This document shows positions 56,808 through 64,000 of a DNA stretch of 64,000 nucleotides, piece after piece. A program made the translations under genes and the position numbers. The stretch is from Candidatus Spongiisociaceae bacterium (GTDB lineage Bacteria; Actinomycetota; Acidimicrobiia; Spongiisociales; Spongiisociaceae), in the NCBI GenBank assembly GCA_965202665.1, contig OZ241841.1, positions 1,735,367-1,799,366 on the forward strand, given 5' to 3'. The number at the start of each line of letters is the position of its first letter. Positions within the stretch are counted from its first letter, which is position 1. The notes beneath the pieces are model-generated. The model was not told where the DNA came from. It made no database searches and was given only the letters and a program-made list of their open reading frames with translations.

Positions 56808-58228
56808 GGTTGCGCAGGTGGGCGCTGGCGATGCTGGCCGTTTTAGCGGTCGCTTCCCCGGCGTCGGCCCAAACCGAACCGGACATCGCCGACGCGGCCG
56901 TGCGGGAAGCCCAGGCGGAACTGGACCGGTTGCACGCCGAAGCCCAAGAGTTGGCCGACCGCTATCAGCAGGTTTGGGGCGAAGAGGCCTCCCTGTCGGA
57001 TGAGATTTCCAGCATTGAGGCCTCCTTAGCCGACCGGCGGGTTGACTTGGAGAAGTTGCGGGCCGCGGCCGGCCAGCGGGCGGTGGAATTGTATATGGAC
57101 GCCGCCTCGGGGGTGCTGTCCGATGTGTTTTTATCGGTTTCCCCCTCCGAGATGGACACCCGGGTGGCGTATTTGAGCGAGGTTCGGGAACGCGACCAGC
57201 AGTTGTTCGAAGAGTTGCGGGTGGAGACCCGTTTGCTGGCGGAAGAAGGCAATCGCCTGCGACGGCAACAGGAGCGCAGCCTGGAGGTTTTAGCCGAGTT
57301 CGAACAGGTGGGATCCGACCTGAACCAGCGCCTGGAGCAGGCCCAAGCCTCCTTCGAGGCCTTACGGGAAGCCGAAGCCCAAGCCGCAGCCGCAGCCGCA
57401 ACGACCACCACCGTCCCGCCCCCGGAAACCCCGTCCCCAACGACTGCGCCGACCCCTTCCCCCACCACCACCGTTCCCGTCACGACCATTCCCGCAACCG
57501 TCGATTCTTCCACCACCACCACCACCGTCCCAACCACCACGACTACCACTGTCCCCGCCGCGACCACCACCACCATTCCGACAACGACTACCACATCCAC
57601 GACCACCACGACCGCTCCCCCCACTACCACCACGACTACGACCACCACCACTATTCCAACAACGACCACCACCACGACCACGACGACCACCACGATTCCC
57701 CCCACCACGACCACCGCCGCCGTAGTAACCCTCCCCCCGGCGGACGGGCCGGACGAGGCCGACCCGCCGGAGGATGGGGGGGAGGTGGGTCAGCGGCCGG
57801 AGGGGGAGGAGATGGCGGAAAGGCCGTCCACCCATTGTCCGGTGGACGGGTACATGGTTTTCTCCGACACGTGGGGGGCGCCCCGTTCCGGCGGCCGCCG
57901 CCACGAAGGGGTTGATTTCCTAGCCGCCCGGGGAACCCCGGTGGTGGCGGTGGAAGACGGAACCATCAGGCGGATGCGCAACGGCGGCTTGGGAGGCATC
58001 ACGGTGTGGCTGGCCGGCGAAAGCGGCCACCATTACTACTACGCCCACCTAAACGAATGGGCGCCGGGCTTGGCGGTGGGCCAGACGGTGGCCGCCGGAG
58101 CCCTGCTGGGAACGGTGGGAACCACCGGCAATTCCCCGGCCCACATCCCCCATCTGCACTGGGAATATCACCCCAACGGCGGCTCGGCCGTAAACCCCAC
58201 TCCACTGGCCCGCCAACTCTGCAACTAG
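56804..58228 (+). CDS. secreted M23-family peptidoglycan endopeptidase with coiled-coil N-terminal region and Thr/Pro-rich linker
   Basis: Signal peptide MRLRRWALAMLAVLAVASPASA. Coiled-coil region. TTTTVPTTTT low-complexity linker (57400-57720). M23 motifs HEGVDF, HYYYAHL, PHLHWEY. Confidence 0.8.
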   Translation: MRLRRWALAMLAVLAVASPASAQTEPDIADAAVREAQAELDRLHAEAQELADRYQQVWGEEASLSDEISSIEASLADRRVDLEKLRAAAGQRAVELYMDAASGVLSDVFLSVSPSEMDTRVAYLSEVRERDQQLFEELRVETRLLAEEGNRLRRQQERSLEVLAEFEQVGSDLNQRLEQAQASFEALREAEAQAAAAAATTTTVPPPETPSPTTAPTPSPTTTVPVTTIPATVDSSTTTTTVPTTTTTTVPAATTTTIPTTTTTSTTTTTAPPTTTTTTTTTTIPTTTTTTTTTTTTIPPTTTTAAVVTLPPADGPDEADPPEDGGEVGQRPEGEEMAERPSTHCPVDGYMVFSDTWGAPRSGGRRHEGVDFLAARGTPVVAVEDGTIRRMRNGGLGGITVWLAGESGHHYYYAHLNEWAPGLAVGQTVAAGALLGTVGTTGNSPAHIPHLHWEYHPNGGSAVNPTPLARQLCN

Positions 58229-58283
58229 CGGCTGTTGCGTTGGCAACGCCGGTTTCCGACTCACCGTAATCCGGTTATCCTAC

Positions 58284-58312
58284 AAGCCTTGTATAATGCT
58301 ATTAAGCAACGT
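58284..58312 (+). promoter_or_regulatory. candidate promoter (extended -10 TGTATAAT) for the 58327 gene
   Basis: cttGTATAATgct at ~58288-58296; RBS GGAAGGGA before the ATG at 58327. Confidence 0.3.
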
Positions 58313-58326
58313 GAGCGGAAGGGACG

Positions 58327-59067
58327 ATGATGAATTCGGTCGCTGAAAGGTTGGCGCCGTTTTTGCCCGGTCCGGATGAGTTCTATCCGCCGGGCGGCTG
58401 GCGGCGCGTGGCATGGACCTGGTGCTGGAATCAGGGGAAACAGGTGGAGTTCCCGCAGTTGGAACCACAGACGGAGACGTTGCGCCGCGATTTACAGGCG
58501 CACCTGGTAGGGCTGGGTTCATCGGAAAAACGGGCGATGGCGGTTACCAAGTGGGCGATCTTCGAGTACATGAAAGATCGGCGGGGCATGTGGGAACACC
58601 GGCACGAGCCTCCGCCCGTCAACCCCATGCGTCCCTATCCTGTTTTCTTAGTCACCGATTTACCTCATCTGATGCGGAAGCCAAACGGGCGGGGCCGCTA
58701 TCGATCGCTAGTCCAATTTTCCAAAGACTGGGCCGTATATCCTCTGCGACGGAAAGAAATGATGGCCGACCCTCCACCGCCGGACACCGAATTCGGGATA
58801 GCGGTCAGCATAGCCGCCGTGGTACACGCCTTATGCGACCTAGACGGCCTCCCCCCGCCGAACTGGGTGTTCGCCCACCGCTCCCCGGAACCAATGAAAC
58901 CATGGGGAGTATCACCATCTCTTAAACCGGAGTTCACCAGTAAAACTCCTCCAGCTTGCCTCTATCACAACGTTTACTTCGATTACCACTTTATCGAAGG
59001 CCCCCTGTGGATCAGCCTCCCCCCAACCGCTTGTCGAAACAACCCAGAGGAGGCCCTAAGCCGATGA
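58327..59067 (+). CDS. hypothetical protein (first gene of lower-GC island)
   Basis: 246 aa; GC about 55%, against a 70% flank; translationally coupled to the next gene. Confidence 0.4.
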   Translation: MMNSVAERLAPFLPGPDEFYPPGGWRRVAWTWCWNQGKQVEFPQLEPQTETLRRDLQAHLVGLGSSEKRAMAVTKWAIFEYMKDRRGMWEHRHEPPPVNPMRPYPVFLVTDLPHLMRKPNGRGRYRSLVQFSKDWAVYPLRRKEMMADPPPPDTEFGIAVSIAAVVHALCDLDGLPPPNWVFAHRSPEPMKPWGVSPSLKPEFTSKTPPACLYHNVYFDYHFIEGPLWISLPPTACRNNPEEALSR

Positions 59068-59720
59068 CCAGCAATCAAAAAGAACTAAACGGCCCGCTCA
59101 TATGGCGCCTACTGGAAAAGGTGGACTCCAACCTACGAGGCCACTTCACCGAGGTGCTTATTGTCGGTGGCGCCGCACTGTCGATACATTGGATGATACA
59201 ACAGACGCATGAGAGAGGAACCTTCGACGTTGATGTGGTGCATCTCCTACCTCAACCTTCCGAACGCACTACCCGATCCGTTGACTCATTAACTATCCCG
59301 CTTCCCTATCATCTTGACCAAGCTGTACAAGCAGTAGCCCGCCGAGAGGATTTGGGCGTAAGATGGCTCAACAATGATGCCAGAGGTTCCATACCACCTA
59401 TCTCCGATCTGCAACAAGAGATGCTATTTCGAGGAAAAAATCTTCATGTATACCGGCCGAGCCTACCAGTCTTGTTGGCTATGAAATTGACTGCCCACCG
59501 CCTAGATAAAGACTTAGAAGATACAATAAAACTAGCAATAGAAACAGGTATCACCGAAAAAGATGAAATGCTTAAACTACTTGAAGATACATATGGACCA
59601 GGACACATAAATTCTGATATTAGAGAGTTTATAAACAAAGCAACCAACCGTATACCTTCCCGATATAAACCAGAAAATCAAATCTCTTCCCGCGGAGACA
59701 ATAGCGACCTAGATCTATAA
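59064..59720 (+). CDS. putative nucleotidyltransferase of the AbiEii/MNT-like family
   Basis: VLIVGGAALSIHWMIQQTHERGTFDVDVV fits the GG.AL...R.T.D.D minimal-nucleotidyltransferase pattern of AbiEii/DUF1814 proteins. ATGA overlap with the upstream gene. Lower GC. Confidence 0.35.
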   Translation: MTSNQKELNGPLIWRLLEKVDSNLRGHFTEVLIVGGAALSIHWMIQQTHERGTFDVDVVHLLPQPSERTTRSVDSLTIPLPYHLDQAVQAVARREDLGVRWLNNDARGSIPPISDLQQEMLFRGKNLHVYRPSLPVLLAMKLTAHRLDKDLEDTIKLAIETGITEKDEMLKLLEDTYGPGHINSDIREFINKATNRIPSRYKPENQISSRGDNSDLDL

Positions 59721-59901
59721 ACCTTCTTTAACTCTTCAATGCGACGACCGATGTTCTGTCTGTCTGGTCAGCAGGAACAGGCAAAACCAGGTGTCCGTAC
59801 AGGCTCATACAGGCCTGTTTCTGATGGTGCCCTGAACTGGACACTAGGGAAATCGGAGACTGACAGGCAAAATCCAGGCCTGGACAGGCCTGTTCCAGCC
59901 C

Positions 59902-60108
59902 CTATCCGTCAGGTCGCCCTTCCCCGGCCAAACGGGCCAAGTGAGATCTGTACACCTGCTCCATATTGGCCCAAAGCCGGGCGGGTATGTCCGTGGCGCG
60001 TTCCAACCTGATAGCGGTTTCCGCGTTTATAGGATCCTCCCCGTTTATTAGTTGGCTTATATGTTTTTCGGACAGTCCGGTATGGCGAGCCAAGTCCGCC
60101 CGGCTCAT
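59902..60108 (-). CDS. XRE/HigA-family HTH antitoxin-like protein
   Basis: LARHTGLSEKHISQLINGEDPINAETAIRLERATDIPARLWANMEQVY is typical of the HigA/VapI HTH_XRE domain. Probable start at MSRADL (60108). Confidence 0.55.
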   Translation of the reverse strand: MSRADLARHTGLSEKHISQLINGEDPINAETAIRLERATDIPARLWANMEQVYRSHLARLAGEGRPDG

Positions 60109-60329
60109 AGAGCGCTCTTCGAGGGGACAACCTGAGCCCAATCAATCACCTTCCCAAAATAAAAAGGGCAAAACTGCTGGCGGTGGCGCGGGTTTGAGGA
60201 GTTTTTTTCGGCGCGAACAACCAGGGAGAAAGAGCACTGCCCGGCCCCGTTCCCCGACTTGCTTCCGCAACCGCCTTTTACCGCCCGCCCCGCACTTTCG
60301 GCTCCGCCGTCCAGTGTTTGGCGAACCAC
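60105..60329 (-). CDS. hypothetical small protein translationally coupled upstream of the HigA-like gene (candidate toxin partner)
   Basis: Its stop overlaps the HigA-like ATG. No recognizable RelE/HigB motifs, so the call is weak. Confidence 0.25.
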   Translation of the reverse strand: MVRQTLDGGAESAGRAVKGGCGSKSGNGAGQCSFSLVVRAEKNSSNPRHRQQFCPFYFGKVIDWAQVVPSKSAL

Positions 60330-63195
60330 GCCGCGGTCTTCTCCCGGTGCTTGGCGGGGACGCCCAGGATGTCGGCGGCGGCCAGATCCAGTTTCCTCCG
60401 GTTGTCGTCGCAGTCCGCGTAAACCGCTGGCTCCAACTCCATCCCGAACAGATCGTCGCGCCGCTCCAAGTAGGGTTCAGCGCGTGCGGCGAGTTTGGGG
60501 TCCGTGAAGTTGGGGCAGGGGATGCGGCGTATGTCTCCAATCTGTGTCCGGGTGCGTCCGGTGTGCTGACGGGAGCCCACCGCCCAGTGGTTGACGAACC
60601 CGAAGATGCTGTTCGCCCACACCGCAAACGCGAAGCGGGTTATCTCCGACCCGCCCCGCAACGGTGCCCAGACACTGCCCCCCAGCACCGGCTCGGCGGT
60701 AACGGCGGTCAAGATTTTTTGAGATGTCCAAGACATGTTTCGCTGATAGAACAGGTCGGTCTTGCGGGCGATTTCCCGCGCAGTCTTGTCCCTCCGATAA
60801 ATCTCCCCATAGTGTGTGGGTTCGGTCAGGATAGTTACCTTGCCGCCGCCGTCGGCGGCCCACAAAGAGAGATGGGTCGTTTCCCTGCCCAACTGTCCGG
60901 GGATTCTTTCATGTATGGTAAAAGCCCCGATGGGCTCGCGGCCAACTAGATGTCCAATGAGGTGGTGAGTGGGCCCGACCTCTTCGAACAACTCTCCGAT
61001 GGTCGTCATAGGAAACGCAACCAGACGTATCCCTTCCTTACTCACGACACCCGTTATCAGGTTGTGAGCGTCCGGGTAAAACCCCATCAAACTCTCCATC
61101 CCCACCCCATACCAAGGGGAACCCGGAGAGGCTGGAGGAGCGGCGTAAAAAGAACCTACCTGGTCCTCGCCGACTATCAGCGGGCCGAAGTCCCCGGGCT
61201 TCGCTTTATCCAGCACACCTACCATCGCCCGCGCTATCTCAGCGCCCGCGTTGGCGGAGGCAAGTGGGGCGTCTATATGAACGTATCCGACGCCTTCCCG
61301 CCCAGAGTTTCCCTTACGGGCGAACAATGTCATCTCCCCCATGTTGGTGTCGGCGCTTATAGACCCATCCCCTCCGAAAGCGGCGGCTATCACATCCCGG
61401 TAACACTCCTCGAACATTGCCCGCATCTTTCTGAACGACCCTGCCGCGGCGGCGGTAAGCGGGAGTATCAGCCCCACCTTTCCCCCGTCTTTTATTTTGC
61501 GGTCGGCTATGGCCGCGAACGCGGTGCTCATGCCCGCCTTCTTGTCCCGGCAGGTTCCTTTGCTGAGACGGGCGTCCCGCTTTAGCAACAGCATTCTGTC
61601 CGAAACAGTTATACCCGGTAGGTCGTAGGCCTTATGCCCACCTCTAGTTCCTGAATAGGGGGGGTTCATCAGCACCGCGTCGAAAGATTTATCTTCGGCG
61701 CTCACCCTGTTTATATCCCCGCCCTCAACGGGCTGGGAACCTCTGAGCTGGGAGAAGTCGTAGGTGAGCAGATGCTGTTGGGAGGAGTCTTTGTCGAGCA
61801 GTTCTATGGAACCGCAACGCACATCGTCCGTACCCGCCGGGGCGGTTTTAGTCTTTCCCAGTTTCATCCCGCCGATGTTGGTGTCGTGGTAGGCGGTTTC
61901 CGGTTGCAGGCCGACTATCCCGGCGGCGGTGAGGTGGACGGCTATCGGGTTGATGTCCAACCCGCACAACCCGCTCTCCATCATCCGCCGGTGGAACTCC
62001 CCCATGTCCGGGGGGGGGGGGGGGGCTCGGCGTCGGCGAGCTTTCTCAGCCGCCGATATCCGGCGCGGAGGAGTGCCCCCGTCCCGCAAGCGAAGTCGGC
62101 TATCCGCCACCGCCCGGGGTCGGAGGGGAGCCCGGCGCGGTCGGGGAGGACGGCGTGCGCCAAAAACTCGGCGTTCTCCGGTCTCGTGTAAAAAGCCGCC
62201 GATTTTTTCCGCTCGCCGCCGTCCATCACCCTGGCGAACACCTCCCCTCCGATGTTGGCGGTCTTCCCCAGCAACTCGCCCTCCACCGCGGCAACCGCTT
62301 TATCCAGGTTGGCGAAGACGCCCCGGTAGTCGGGGGAGGACATCACCTGCGGATAGCATTCTACGGCCACATCGAAGATGGAGCGGTAGTTCTCCTCCAA
62401 CACTAACTTCCAGGCCTCCTTCACTTTGCGGCCGTCCAGTCCCCCCTGGGTGCGGCAGGCGTCGACCGACTTGTAGGGTTTCCCGGCACGGGACAACTCG
62501 TTGAGGATGAGTAGCGAATCGAACCAGACGACGCACGCCACCCGCAGCCCCGCCTCCGGGTTGCCCGGATAGCCCATCCTCGCGGAGATGCGCTCCACCT
62601 CTCCGGGGTGTTTGCGGAGTGCCCCTCTCAGCGCGGCGGCGGCGGCCGAAACGTGGAACGCCACCGCCACCCCCGCCTTGGTTATTACCGAAACATCGGC
62701 GGAGGAGTTCTCCACGCTGGACGCAAAGTCGGAGATCGTTCCGGTCAGGTAACCGGCCTTCGGCCAAACTACCGTCCCCCCGCCCCTGGCTTTGGTGATG
62801 AACTTCCATCTGACCTCAGCGCCCTTCAAAAACTCGGCTTCCATTTCGCTCCGAGGCCAATCTTTGGCCTCCTGGGGGTAGCGCACCGCAATCCCCTTGC
62901 GGACATACTCGCCGTTGCTCCGGCTCGGCTTATCAGAAAGCGGTGCCACCCCCAGTTTCTTCTTGGCGTCCTCCACCGGGTCGTCGGCGACGTCGCTCTC
63001 CTTGCACTCCACCAGCATCGGCGGGTGGGCGGGGAGCGTCAGCAGCACATCCGGTTTTATCTGCCTCCCTTCGAACATGTCGCCAGCTTTGCGGTCGTCC
63101 GCCACGACATCGGCGGGATCCCACCCGGACACCCGGAGCAGGGCGTCTCGGAAGCTGACGTTGATGTACGTCTCGGCGGCCATCAGGAAGAGCAC
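60278..63195 (-). CDS. MmeI-like Type IIG/IIL restriction-modification enzyme (N-terminal PD-ExK endonuclease fused to N6-adenine methyltransferase and TRD); apparent frameshift at poly-G tract
   Basis: N-terminal D...PDVLLTLPAHPPMLVECKE (D-x-ExK nuclease motif). Methyltransferase motif X AAFYTRPE, motif I DFACGTGALL and motif IV VLMNPPY. The two ORFs (61981-63195 and 60278-62110) are joined by a run of Pro codons spanning the 62011-62026 C/G homopolymer. Confidence 0.65.
62011..62026. repeat. poly-G homopolymer (probable sequencing artefact causing apparent frameshift)
   Basis: 16 consecutive G residues inside the methyltransferase gene. Confidence 0.65.
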
Positions 63196-64000
63196 TGGGG
63201 GTCGGGGAGTTGCGCGGCCAGGTTGTGGAGTGACTGAGCCGCCTCATTGTCGCCCCTGCCTCTCGGCGGCGCGGATGTTGGCCTCGATGGCATGCTGGGT
63301 AGATACCTGCTCGTAGCCTCGGCCGCTCTCGCGTCCGATGCGCATCCCATCCTTAAGGCCGCTCCGGTAGCCCGCCCGTAGTCCTGGGCGGGGGGCGGTT
63401 TCCGGTTGTCTAACGGCGGCCTGGGCGGGTTGTCCGCTACTGGACGGGGGTCGTCCTCCGGTTCGTATTCGACGACCGGGAGTACGGCGGGGGTTACCCG
63501 AACGGCGGCGGTTAGGGGGAGAATAGTCCGGGAGTCGTAGAACCGAATCCAGACGCGGCGGGGATTTCCCGTTATCCGCAGTCCTCCGTTCAGCCGCCCG
63601 CCAAAGGCGGCGGGGGGTTCGTCCTGGGCGGCCTGTTCGGTAGCGACCGGAGTCGTCCGGGCGGGAGTCGCAGTCGCCATCGTTCGTCCTTTCCACCGGG
63701 GGCTATCCGGTGCGGGTTCGGCGACGGAGGGCTATCCCGCCGTCCGTTATCGCAGAACATTAGCCGATTCGGCGGCGGGGCGTAAAGTCGGCGTGGTTCG
63801 TCCGGAGTTGTCCGGGCTCGTAACACCGCCGCAGTCCGCCGATGCGGGCGGTTACCGGTTTCGTCCTATAACCCACCGAGTTCCCGCCGTCCGTTTTCTC
63901 GGGTTCGTTATTCGCCGCGGTATGTATATACCGGATTACAAGGCCGTTTGTACCGGGGTATCCAGTTGTCGTATTCGTCGGTGACGTAGGCGGCCGCGTC

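Noticed and set aside
63183-63696. Two overlapping minus-strand ORFs (165 and 150 aa) upstream of the restriction-modification gene
   Set aside because: They are mutually exclusive frames with P/R-rich translations and no motifs. The true coding frame, if any, cannot be chosen from sequence alone.

Overview
This is a high-GC (about 68-70%) bacterial chromosomal segment carrying mostly housekeeping and catabolic genes. The core genes, in order, are:
- an ABC transporter (dual-domain ATPase plus two permeases), an alpha/beta hydrolase, two SDRs, a DtxR-family regulator, an M20 peptidase, a CocE/NonD hydrolase and Nnr;
- a dimethylglycine-dehydrogenase-like flavoprotein coupled to an MttB-family methyltransferase;
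- a complete, translationally coupled paaABCDE operon with a TetR-type PaaR and a palindromic operator;
- RNase HI, a two-component system and a large polytopic membrane protein;
- selA-selB, fxsA, a NUDIX hydrolase, an MBL hydrolase and an M23 peptidase.
Three accessory regions interrupt this backbone.
(1) 4.0-9.2 kb is a sharply delimited low-GC island. It holds three translationally coupled genes: a RapA-like SNF2 ATPase, an NBD-only Hsp70 (YegD-like) and a highly charged zinc-ribbon protein.
(2) 35.3-51.7 kb is a heavily rearranged region of paralogous SLH-domain / Ig-like / FG-GAP surface-protein cassettes. One copy is intact with a promoter; three are 5'-disrupted or fragmentary. The copies share kb-scale identical direct and inverted repeats and are interleaved with an intact IS481-family element (inverted repeats and target-site duplication visible), IS481 and ISL3 remnants, a duplicated selB 3' fragment and a 5-times-repeated IR-like motif. 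The architecture resembles a recombinational surface-protein variation locus.
(3) 58.3-64 kb is a lower-GC defense-type island. It carries an AbiEii-like nucleotidyltransferase pair, a HigA-like antitoxin and an MmeI-like Type IIG restriction-modification enzyme.
Three poly-G homopolymer tracts (22.9, 48.6 and 62.0 kb) look like sequencing artefacts, so junction-level conclusions should be treated cautiously. Many long ORFs on the track inside GC-rich genes are frame artefacts and are not reported.
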